Assembly (NCBI GenBank): GCA_035650255.1 | Contig: DASRIA010000045.1 | Coordinates: 42,461 to 106,460 of the forward strand | Reading direction: 5' to 3' | DNA from: Solirubrobacterales bacterium | Lineage (GTDB): Bacteria > Actinomycetota > Thermoleophilia > Solirubrobacterales > JBBDJG01 | DNA length: 64,000 nt | Shown here: positions 1 through 7,384 of the stretch, piece after piece | Position numbering within the stretch: position 1 is the first letter of the stretch | Layout: every line of letters starts with the position of its first letter | Notes under the pieces: model-generated | Told to the model about the DNA's origin: nothing | Seen by the model: the letters and a program-made list of their open reading frames with translations, nothing else | Databases searched by the model: none | Made by a program: the position numbers and the translations under genes

Positions 1-72
1 CGTGTATGCGGGCCGCGAGCGGGTGTCGGGGCTACAGGAGGGTGCGATCGGACGATCGTCCGCGGTCCGAAT

Positions 73-1893
73 ATGACCGTGAGCCGGGATTCTCCCCGGC
101 GTTTCCGGGTAAGTGGGACGAGGGTGCGTCGATTCATGCGACATGTGGTTGTGGGAGCGGCCGCGGCGCTGATGCTCGCGGCGCCGGCCGCGAATGCCGC
201 GCCGGTGTCCTCCGCCTACAGCGAGCAGGTCGTCGCCGCGGGGCTCTCGGCACCCACCGCGATCGCGTTCCTGCCGGACCGCCGGATGCTCGTGACCGAG
301 AAGGGCGGCGCGCTGAAGCTCGTGGACGGGGGCAGCGCGACCACGCTCACCACGATCCCGGTGTGTACGGACAGCGAAATGGGGCTGCTGGGGATCGCGG
401 TCGATCCGAGCTTCGAATCCAACGGGTTCGTCTACCTGTACCGCACCAAGCCGGGGCCCAGCGGATGCGCCACGGCCACGGGCCGCTTCAACCAGGTGGT
501 CCGGGTGACGATGTCGGGCAACACGGTCGTGGCCGGCAGCCTCGCCGAGCTGCTCACCGGCATCCGGACGACCAACGGCAACCACGACGGCGGCACCGTG
601 CGCATCGGCCCAGACGGGAAGTTGTGGGTCTCGGTGGGTGACTCGGGGCTCGGCGACGGCGGCGCGCCCGGGCAGTCGACCAATCCCTACGCCGAGGACC
701 TGAGCGCACTCGAGGGCAAGATCCTGCGGCTCGAGCGCAACGGATCACCCGCGGCCGGCAACCCTTACATCGGACAGCCGCCGGCACGGCCGGAGGTCTA
801 CGCCCGCGGCTTCCGCAACCCGTTCCGCATGAGCTTCGACGAGCGGACGGGCCGGCTGTGGGCGGGCGACGTGGGCCAGGCAACGATTGAGGAGATAGAC
901 GTCGTGCAGAGCGGCGGCAACTACGCGTGGCCGCGCTGCGAGGGCACGCTGCCGGCCGGCTGTCAGGAGCCCGGTGACATCCCTCCGGTCTTCGAGTATC
1001 CGCACTCGGGCGCGACGTCTCTGGGCTCCGTGGTGACCGGCGGAGACTTTCTGCCCGACAGCTTCGGCGCAGTCGGCGGCCAGTACGTGTTTGGCGACTA
1101 TGGGGACAGCATGCTCTACATCGCTGCGCCGAACGCTGCGCGCACCGACATCGGCACTCCCGCCGCGCTCGTCACGAACGCGGGCGGCCCCGTCGACATC
1201 GTGAGCGGGCCCGACAACGCGCTCTACTGGGTCGCGCTCAACACGGGCGAGGTGCGAAAGCTCGTGGCGGGCTATCCGCGGCCGCAGACCGCGCAGTCGG
1301 TGCGAGTCTCGCTGGTGCCGGCGTTCCAGCAGTGCACCGCGCCGGACCTCGTGCACGGTCCCCCGCTCGGGTTCGGTTCGTGTGGCCTTCCGGTACAGCG
1401 CTCGGCGCAGCTGACCATCGGCACGCCCGACGTCAACGGCGCCTCCGCGGAATCGACCGGCGATGCCAGCCTGCGTGTCATGCCCGGGGACCCGGACACC
1501 CCCGCGGACGAGGCGGACGCCATGCTGCGCATCCGGATCACCGACGTGCGGCGGCTCGCGGGCCTGGCCGACTACACCGGCCAGCTGCAGGCCGCTGTGG
1601 GCCTGCGGATCACGGACCGGGACAACCCCGCCGCCGCCGGCTCGCCCGCCGGCACCGTGCAGGACAGCACGTTCACCTGGACGGTTCCCTGCACGGCCAC
1701 CGCGGACACGACGATCGGGTCGACGTGCTCGATCGTCACGACCGCGGACGCGGTCACCCCGGGGGCGGTCGTCGAAGGGATGCGCGCGGTCTGGGAGCTC
1801 GGCCACGTGCGCGTGTATGACGGCGGCCCGGACGGAGCGGCCGGGACTGTGCCCAACACGCTGTTCGCGAGCCAGGGCCTGTTCGTTCCTTAG
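73..1893 (+). CDS. Secreted PQQ-dependent sugar (glucose/sorbosone) dehydrogenase-like beta-propeller with an extra ~200-aa C-terminal Cys-containing domain
   Basis: 606-aa ORF. Signal-peptide-like MRHVVVGAAAALMLAAPAANA (alternative ATG at 136). SGDH-type motifs GLLGIAVDP, NGNHDGGTVRIGPDGKLWVSVGDSG, YARGFRNPFRMSFD, GGNYAWP. Confidence 0.75.
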   Translation: MTVSRDSPRRFRVSGTRVRRFMRHVVVGAAAALMLAAPAANAAPVSSAYSEQVVAAGLSAPTAIAFLPDRRMLVTEKGGALKLVDGGSATTLTTIPVCTDSEMGLLGIAVDPSFESNGFVYLYRTKPGPSGCATATGRFNQVVRVTMSGNTVVAGSLAELLTGIRTTNGNHDGGTVRIGPDGKLWVSVGDSGLGDGGAPGQSTNPYAEDLSALEGKILRLERNGSPAAGNPYIGQPPARPEVYARGFRNPFRMSFDERTGRLWAGDVGQATIEEIDVVQSGGNYAWPRCEGTLPAGCQEPGDIPPVFEYPHSGATSLGSVVTGGDFLPDSFGAVGGQYVFGDYGDSMLYIAAPNAARTDIGTPAALVTNAGGPVDIVSGPDNALYWVALNTGEVRKLVAGYPRPQTAQSVRVSLVPAFQQCTAPDLVHGPPLGFGSCGLPVQRSAQLTIGTPDVNGASAESTGDASLRVMPGDPDTPADEADAMLRIRITDVRRLAGLADYTGQLQAAVGLRITDRDNPAAAGSPAGTVQDSTFTWTVPCTATADTTIGSTCSIVTTADAVTPGAVVEGMRAVWELGHVRVYDGGPDGAAGTVPNTLFASQGLFVP

Positions 1894-2357
1894 CGCTGCG
1901 CGCGTGCGTCCCGCAGCGCGTCCTGCGGGTCCGAGTACACCTGCATCGCGACGGCCTTGTTGTCGACGACCGTCCACAGGTGCGCGATCTCCTCCTCGAC
2001 CGGCACACCACTCCCCCGACCCCGGCCCGACATCCGCAGAACCACGACGACGTGGCTGCTGCCGACGCCGATCATGTCGACGGGGTCGAGCGTGAACTCG
2101 TCGAAGCTGTCGTCGCTGGACGCCAGCGCCTCGCGGACGCCCTCGCGGCCGTGATACGTCTGCGGGTCGGGCGCCTCGGGGCGGTCGCGGATCACGACCT
2201 CGTCCGAGATCAGGTCCCAGGCCTCGGCGCTCTCCAAGCCCTCGCGGCCGATCCCCTCGTACGCGGCGCGCAGCATCGCGACGTTGCGCTCGGTGAGGAA
2301 CTCCTCCTGCTCGAGCCGCTCGGTCAGCGCAACCCTCCGTGCACGCGCACGCGCCAT
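1890..2357 (-). CDS. SnoaL-like / NTF2-fold protein
   Basis: C-terminal 155 codons of the 552-aa track ORF. ERNVAMLRAAYEGIGREG...IAHLWTVVDNKAVAMQVYSDP is typical of SnoaL-like polyketide-cyclase-fold proteins. The upstream part of the track ORF is the alternate frame of neighbouring genes. Start uncertain. Confidence 0.55.
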   Translation of the reverse strand: MARARARRVALTERLEQEEFLTERNVAMLRAAYEGIGREGLESAEAWDLISDEVVIRDRPEAPDPQTYHGREGVREALASSDDSFDEFTLDPVDMIGVGSSHVVVVLRMSGRGRGSGVPVEEEIAHLWTVVDNKAVAMQVYSDPQDALRDARAQR

Positions 2358-2899
2358 GCCGATCCCGGCGCCGCCAGCGCTGCGACGTGGCCCGCGGGTG
2401 CCGGCACCGCGGCGACGTCCCAGCCGCCGACGGTGCACCGCGCGCGGCCTTCCGCGAGGCCGGCCACGGAGAACGACCCGAGCCCCAGCGAAAGGCCGGT
2501 GCCGAGTCCCTTCGCATATGCCTCCTTGCCCGTCCAGCAGCGATGGAACGCCGTGGTGCGCCCGGGCTCGGCCAGCCGCGCAAGGGCGGCGGCCTCGTCG
2601 CCGGCGAATCGGCGCCGCGCGAACCGTTCCACCGCCCGTCGCGGTTTGACCCGCTCGAGGTCGATGCCCACGGGCCGCTCGCGCGACACCGCGACGAGCG
2701 CCCGGCTGCCTGAGCGCGAGAAGCTGAAGTGCAGTGCGTGCCCCGCCAGCGCGGGCTTGCCGTGCGGGCCCGCCTGGAACAGCAGCGTCGCAGGGTCGGC
2801 GGCGAGGTAGGAGCCCAGCACCGCGCGCATCGCCGCCTCGCCCCGGCTGCGGTCGCCGGCGCTCACCTGCCAGACGTCGATCACGTCCCGTGCGGGCAT
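2324..2899 (-). CDS. 4'-phosphopantetheinyl transferase (Sfp-type)
   Basis: Motifs GPHGKPAL, FSFSRSG, PVGIDLERV, FHRCWTGKEAYAKGLG. Start set at the internal ATG (MPARDVIDVWQV) at 2899. Confidence 0.8.
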   Translation of the reverse strand: MPARDVIDVWQVSAGDRSRGEAAMRAVLGSYLAADPATLLFQAGPHGKPALAGHALHFSFSRSGSRALVAVSRERPVGIDLERVKPRRAVERFARRRFAGDEAAALARLAEPGRTTAFHRCWTGKEAYAKGLGTGLSLGLGSFSVAGLAEGRARCTVGGWDVAAVPAPAGHVAALAAPGSAWRVRVHGGLR

Positions 2900-2921
2900 G
2901 TCCTGAAGGTAACAGCCGGGT

Positions 2922-3404
2922 GTGCCGCTCCCGGGGTGCGGCGCGCTTAGACTCCGCGCCGTGCCGGAGTCCGAGGAGAAGCTCGACGTCGAGGCCGCCA
3001 TCGAGCGCCTCAACCAGGCGCTCGCCTTGCAGTACCGCTCGACGCTCCAGTACATGGTGCTGGCGGGCGGCATGACGGGATTCGCTCATCTCGCGCTGCG
3101 GGCTCCGCTCGCGGAGGCGGCCCAGGCGGAGCTCGAAGACGTGCGGCTGCTGGTCGAGAAGGTGACGGCACTTGGCGGCGAGCCCACCGTGGAGATCGCG
3201 CCGCTGCGCTGGGATCCCGACCCCGAGCAGCAGATCGACCGCCTGCTCGAGGACGAGGGCGCTGCGATCGAGGCACTGCAGGCGGCCATCGAGCCCACCG
3301 GCCGGGAAGGCGCCTCCGAGGCGCTGGAACACCTGCTCGAGCACCTCATCCTGCGCAAGCAGCGGCAGGTGGACCTGCTGCTCCGCGCCCGCCGCACCCC
3401 CTGA
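2922..3404 (+). CDS. Ferritin-like (bacterioferritin/Dps-fold) domain protein
   Basis: Four-helix-bundle-like sequence LNQALALQYRSTLQYMVLAG...EDEGAAIEALQAAI...LEHLLEHLILRKQRQVDLL. Alternative GTG start at 2961. Confidence 0.5.
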   Translation: MPLPGCGALRLRAVPESEEKLDVEAAIERLNQALALQYRSTLQYMVLAGGMTGFAHLALRAPLAEAAQAELEDVRLLVEKVTALGGEPTVEIAPLRWDPDPEQQIDRLLEDEGAAIEALQAAIEPTGREGASEALEHLLEHLILRKQRQVDLLLRARRTP

Positions 3405-3768
3405 CCCCGACCGTCGCGCCGGCGCGGACGCCCAGCGCAAGGAACGCCCCGGCGGGAGCTTCGAGCACCGCCGTGTCCCGCGTCCGCCGGCCGGCCAGGC
3501 GTAGCGCGCGGCGCGGCCCCACCCCCTCGTGGAGCCGCAGCACCGCACATCCGGCGGCCGGGGGCCACTCCAGGAAGGCCACGTCCAGGCCGAAGCGCAT
3601 GCCGTAGGTGTGGACCGCCCGGCACCGTGGGATCAGCAGGCCCCGCGCGGCCGCGTCCACCCCCGCCAGGCCGAGCAGCCGCGCGCCGAAGGACTGGGCC
3701 AGCCAGACCTCGAGGGACCCACCCGCTGCCTGGACGTCCAGCGTTCGTGCGAACCGAAACCGCCGCAT
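3346..3768 (-). CDS. DUF192-family protein
   Basis: LAQSFGARLLGLAGV...RGLLIPRCRAVHTYGMRFGLDVAFLEW matches the DUF192 pattern (A..R..GL...VHT.GMRF.LDV.FL). The 3' end overlaps the convergent ferritin-like gene by 59 nt. Confidence 0.5.
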   Translation of the reverse strand: MRRFRFARTLDVQAAGGSLEVWLAQSFGARLLGLAGVDAAARGLLIPRCRAVHTYGMRFGLDVAFLEWPPAAGCAVLRLHEGVGPRRALRLAGRRTRDTAVLEAPAGAFLALGVRAGATVGVRGCGGRGAAGPPAAACAG

Positions 3769-3900
3769 TTCAAGCTAAGGGCCGGGCCGCCCGAAAATGA
3801 CCGTGGACGTGCAAAGCACCTCCCAGGGCCTCGCGCGAGGGCAGGAGTCGCCCGTAAGATTCAGACGCGGGCCCGGGGTGCCGGGGCGAGAGCCAGGGAC

Positions 3901-4371
3901 ATGTCAAGGGACAACACCAAAAAACGCGGCAACTACAACTCCGGCGAGGACTACGTCCTCGAGTACGGAGAGCTGCGCTTCACCTTCAACGAGGAGGACT
4001 TCCGCCAGCGGGTGGAGCAGGCCGCCGTGAAGCTGAGCTTCGTCAAGCCGGGGCTGGCCACCGAGGAGCTGGACGACCTCGTGAACCTGGCCGTGAACGG
4101 TGAGATCCGCGAGGCGTCCTCCCCGCTCGGCGAGCACGTGAACGAACGCTGGTACGAGCTCGTCGGCCCCGCCGACCGCTCGCTCGTCCACTGGCTGCGC
4201 CGGCTGGTGTTCCGCGGCGCCTGGCTGGACCAGCGCGTCAAGGAGGGCGAGCTCGACATCCACTTCCATGAGGAGACGCACAGCTTCGGCTACGTGCAGC
4301 CGGACCGGGACTCGGAGCTGATCGAGCTGTCACCGGAACCCTCGTGGAAACCAGTGGCTTATCCCGGCTAG
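3901..4371 (+). CDS. Hypothetical protein
   Basis: Start placed at an ATG internal to the 280-aa track ORF (MSRDNTKKRGNYNSGEDYVLEYGELRFTF...). Normal amino-acid composition and coding-like GC3. No family recognised. Confidence 0.45.
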   Translation: MSRDNTKKRGNYNSGEDYVLEYGELRFTFNEEDFRQRVEQAAVKLSFVKPGLATEELDDLVNLAVNGEIREASSPLGEHVNERWYELVGPADRSLVHWLRRLVFRGAWLDQRVKEGELDIHFHEETHSFGYVQPDRDSELIELSPEPSWKPVAYPG

Positions 4372-4395
4372 GTAACTCCGCGTCCCACGGGCCGC

Positions 4396-4459
4396 CGGCC
4401 GGCATGCCCGCTCGGAGACGGAAAACCGTTCGGGAGTCTCCGATCGGGCATACCGGCCG
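4396..4459. repeat. Long imperfect palindrome (copy 1 of a conserved hairpin element)
   Basis: 24 paired positions with 2 mismatches. Inner stem TCGGAGAC/GTCTCCGA around the loop GGAAAACCGTTCGGGA. Same core as 15190-15248. Lies between convergent genes. Confidence 0.6.
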
Positions 4460-4468
4460 TCGGCCCGG

Positions 4469-5737
4469 CTAGCTCTGCTCCCTAGCCCGTTCCGCGAGGA
4501 ATTCCCACGCCTCTTCCGGATTGAGTGAGCGGGCCACGCCGCGCATGTTCTCGAGTTCGCGGCGGCGCTCGGGGTCGAGCAGCGCGTCCTCGCCCAGGGT
4601 GCGGGAGCGCTCCGCGTCGATAGCGGGGTGCTTGCCGCGGGCCGCCAGGCCCGCGTGCAGCCGCAGCACCATGTTCGCGCTGTCCTCGAGGGCGTCGTGG
4701 ACGAGCCCGTCCAGCGGGGAGCCGGTTTCCACCCGCGCGGTGGCGATCAAGGTCAGCGAGCCCTGCCCGGGGCCTGCGTCCCGCGCCGCGGAGAACCAGC
4801 GCTTGGTGGCTTCGACCGCCTGCGCGGGAGTGCCGAGGGCGAGGCCGTAGGCGCGCGCCAGCCGGCTCAGCGAGTCGAGCAGCAGCACCGCGTCCTCCCC
4901 GCGCGCCGCAGCCTGCTTGGAGTCATCGAGTGCGCGCTCCGCGAGCGCAACCTGATCGCGCGGAGAGCTGCTCGCGTCGGCGGCGGCCACGTCCACGTGC
5001 TCGTCCCACTCCGGCACCTCTTCGGGCCGCACGTCGACGAGCACCGCCCGCACACGCGCGCCCTCACGCGCCAGGCCGCGGCCGAACTCCTGCAGGAGCG
5101 CGGTCGCACCGGCGCCGGCCGGGCCCGCGATCATCGCGCGCTGGCCGCGCCCCACGGGCGCAACGATCTGCACCATGCGCGTGGCGAGCGCATCGCCCAG
5201 CTCGAGCTCCCGGCTGGGGCGCAGCACCGGCAGGTCGTCGAACGACGACCGCGACACGGGAGCGGGCCGCTCGGCGGGACGCTGGGTGGGGCGCTCGACT
5301 GAACGTTCGACGGGACGCTCGACCGGGCGTTCGAGGTCTTCGAGGGTGACGTCGTCCTCCTCGGGCCGCTCGCGCCGGCGGGGCCGCCGCTCCGCCGGGC
5401 GGGCCCGCTGCGGGCGGGAGGGTCGTGCCGGAGGCGGCGCGGGCGTCGGAACCGGCGTGGGCACGGCCACCTCTCCCCCGCTCAGCGCGGCCACCAGCTG
5501 CTCGCGTCTCAGCAGGCGATAGCGCGGGAGCCGGGCCTCGGCGGCGAACCGGTGCAGGTCCGCGAGCGGCCTGCCCTCCAGCTCCTCCGGCGCATGTGCG
5601 GGCGCGGGCGGAGCGCCCACCGCCTCCCGGGCGGCTACGTCCTCGCCGGCGGCCTGCGCCTCGCTGCCCGACGGACCCTCCGGAGCAGCCGGAGGACCCT
5701 CGCTATGCCGACGTCGGCTGCTTCGAAACCAGCTCAC
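4469..5737 (-). CDS. Rho-like protein: Rho N-terminal helix domain plus RecA-type C-terminal domain with degenerate ATPase motifs and no OB-fold RNA-binding domain
   Basis: LADLHRFAAEARLPRYRLLRREQLVAAL (Rho_N-like). IVAPVGRGQRAMIAGPAGAGATALL aligns to Rho IGRGQRGLIVAPPKAGKT. VLVDVRPEEVPEW aligns to LIDERPEEVTEM. AVLLLDSLSRLARAYG aligns to VIILLDSITRLARAYN. GSLTLIATARVETGS and HPAIDAERSRT are also Rho-like. Confidence 0.7.
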   Translation of the reverse strand: MSWFRSSRRRHSEGPPAAPEGPSGSEAQAAGEDVAAREAVGAPPAPAHAPEELEGRPLADLHRFAAEARLPRYRLLRREQLVAALSGGEVAVPTPVPTPAPPPARPSRPQRARPAERRPRRRERPEEDDVTLEDLERPVERPVERSVERPTQRPAERPAPVSRSSFDDLPVLRPSRELELGDALATRMVQIVAPVGRGQRAMIAGPAGAGATALLQEFGRGLAREGARVRAVLVDVRPEEVPEWDEHVDVAAADASSSPRDQVALAERALDDSKQAAARGEDAVLLLDSLSRLARAYGLALGTPAQAVEATKRWFSAARDAGPGQGSLTLIATARVETGSPLDGLVHDALEDSANMVLRLHAGLAARGKHPAIDAERSRTLGEDALLDPERRRELENMRGVARSLNPEEAWEFLAERAREQS

Positions 5738-6395
5738 GTAGCCACTCGACGAACTCCGGCCGGGTTTCCCAGTCCGCCTTGAAACGCGTCCGCCCCTGCT
5801 CGGTCAGCGGGTGATCGAGCATCTGCCGGAACACCTTTGCCGGGACGGTGGCGACCTCGCACCCCAGCCTGGCCGCTGTGACGACGTGCTCGGGGTGGCG
5901 GATCGACGCGGCCAGAACCTCGGTGGTCGTCCCGCCCGGACGCAGCGCAGACACGATCTCCTGCACCACAGAGGTGGAATCGATGGAGATGTCGTCCAGC
6001 CGGCCCATGAAGCAGGACGCGTACAGCGCTCCCGCCTGTGCGGTCAGGAGCGCCTGGTTGGACGAGAAGACCAGCGTCATGTTCACGCGGATGCCCTCAT
6101 CGGTCAGCGCGCGCGTGGCAGCCAGGCCCTCGCTCCCGAAGGGGACCTTCACCACGACGTGCTCGTGCAATGTGGCGAGGGCGCGGCCTTCCTCGATCAT
6201 GCTCGCGGCGTCGTCGGAGACGACCTCGGCGCTCACTGGGCCGCCCACGAGGTCGCAGATCCGGCGCACGATGTCGCCCGGCTCCCCCTTCTCCTTTGCG
6301 AGCAGGGAGGGATTGGTCGTCGCGCCGGAGAGGATGCCCCAGCCGGCGATCTCCTCCACCTCTGCAACGGACCCTGTGTCTATGAAGAACCTCAT
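5703..6395 (-). CDS. tal: Transaldolase / fructose-6-phosphate aldolase (short TalC/Fsa type)
   Basis: MRFFIDTGSVAEVEE, SGATTNPSL, VVVKVPFGSEGL, IRVNMTLVFS, FMGRLDDI. ATGA overlap with the upstream gene at 6392-6395. Confidence 0.9.
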   Translation of the reverse strand: MRFFIDTGSVAEVEEIAGWGILSGATTNPSLLAKEKGEPGDIVRRICDLVGGPVSAEVVSDDAASMIEEGRALATLHEHVVVKVPFGSEGLAATRALTDEGIRVNMTLVFSSNQALLTAQAGALYASCFMGRLDDISIDSTSVVQEIVSALRPGGTTTEVLAASIRHPEHVVTAARLGCEVATVPAKVFRQMLDHPLTEQGRTRFKADWETRPEFVEWLRELVSKQPTSA

Positions 6396-7384
6396 CGCGC
6401 CATTCCCTTCTCCGAGCCATCACCCGAGGCACCACCGCCCCGTTCGGGCACTCCTGAGAGATTAGCGCCGGAGGCGGCACCCACCGCGTCGAGCACGACC
6501 TCGAGGACCCGGCGCCACACGTTCTCGAGGCCCGATCCGGAGGCGTCGATCACCGGCACGCCGGCGGCCTCGGCGCGCCCGATCAGGTAGTCCTGCACTG
6601 CCCGGATGCGCTCGAGCGCCTCCAGGTAGCGCTGGGGCTCGCGCAGCGTCTGCACGCCGCGCGTGTGGAAGTGCTCCCGGTGCTCGTCCTCGTCGCGCAC
6701 CGCGAGCATCACCCGCACGGTGGTCGCACGCGCGCACAGGCCGGCGTCCGGGACGTCGGGCAGCAGGTGCACGCCCTCGACGACCATCGGCGTGCGGTCC
6801 GAGATCGCCCGCTCGACCACCGCGTCGAGCCCGGGAGCGATGTCGTGCGCCTGGTGCACGTAGCCGGCGACGGTGCCCGACGGATCGCCCGCCGGCCCGG
6901 CGAGAGCCCGCGAGACGTCGAAGGACGAGTGGTGCACGGACGGCAGGAACTCGCGGGAGAAGAAAGCCCGCACGACCTGCCGCACCTGGTCGGTGGCGAT
7001 CACGTGCGGGATCCCGAGCCGCCCCGCCAGCTGGGTCGCGACGGTCGACTTCCCGACGCCCGTCACGCCGCCGATCAGGACGAGCAGCGGCCGCTCCAGG
7101 TTGCGCACGTTCCACCACTGGCGGAACCGGGTCAGCACCGGCTCTCCCTCGCCCGCGGCAAGCACGTCCTCCGCCACCGCGCGCAGCTCGTCCACGCTGA
7201 TCTCCCCGGACCGGTGGGTCAGGAGGTGCTCCTCGATCTGCTGGGCGAGCGCGAACGAGCGCTCGGAAGGCAGGCCGGTCGCCATCAGGGACTGAGCCAT
7301 CAGGCCCTTCGAGTACGGCAGTCCGTAGTCGCTGCGCACGACCACGGTCGGCGGCGCACCGCCCCGGCGCTGCGCCGGGCTCAC
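6392..7384 (-). CDS. 2-phosphoglycerate kinase-like (COG2074 family)
   Basis: LPYSKGLMAQSLMATGL..., P-loop LIGGVTGVGKSTVATQLAGRLGI, HVIATDQVRQVVR. Start set at GTG 7384, which forms a GTGA overlap with the upstream stop. The rest of the 521-aa track ORF is the alternate frame of the upstream gene. Confidence 0.75.
   Translation of the reverse strand: MSPAQRRGGAPPTVVVRSDYGLPYSKGLMAQSLMATGLPSERSFALAQQIEEHLLTHRSGEISVDELRAVAEDVLAAGEGEPVLTRFRQWWNVRNLERPLLVLIGGVTGVGKSTVATQLAGRLGIPHVIATDQVRQVVRAFFSREFLPSVHHSSFDVSRALAGPAGDPSGTVAGYVHQAHDIAPGLDAVVERAISDRTPMVVEGVHLLPDVPDAGLCARATTVRVMLAVRDEDEHREHFHTRGVQTLREPQRYLEALERIRAVQDYLIGRAEAAGVPVIDASGSGLENVWRRVLEVVLDAVGAASGANLSGVPERGGGASGDGSEKGMAR

Noticed and set aside
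745-2583. 612-aa ORF on the minus strand
   Set aside because: It lies antisense to the well-supported PQQ-dehydrogenase-like gene. The translation is dominated by Arg/Gly/Ala/Pro with no motifs, which is typical of a GC-rich shadow frame.
1890-3548. 552-aa ORF taken as one gene
   Set aside because: Only the last 155 codons look like a real protein (SnoaL-like). The upstream part overlaps the PPTase, ferritin-like and DUF192 genes in alternate frames.
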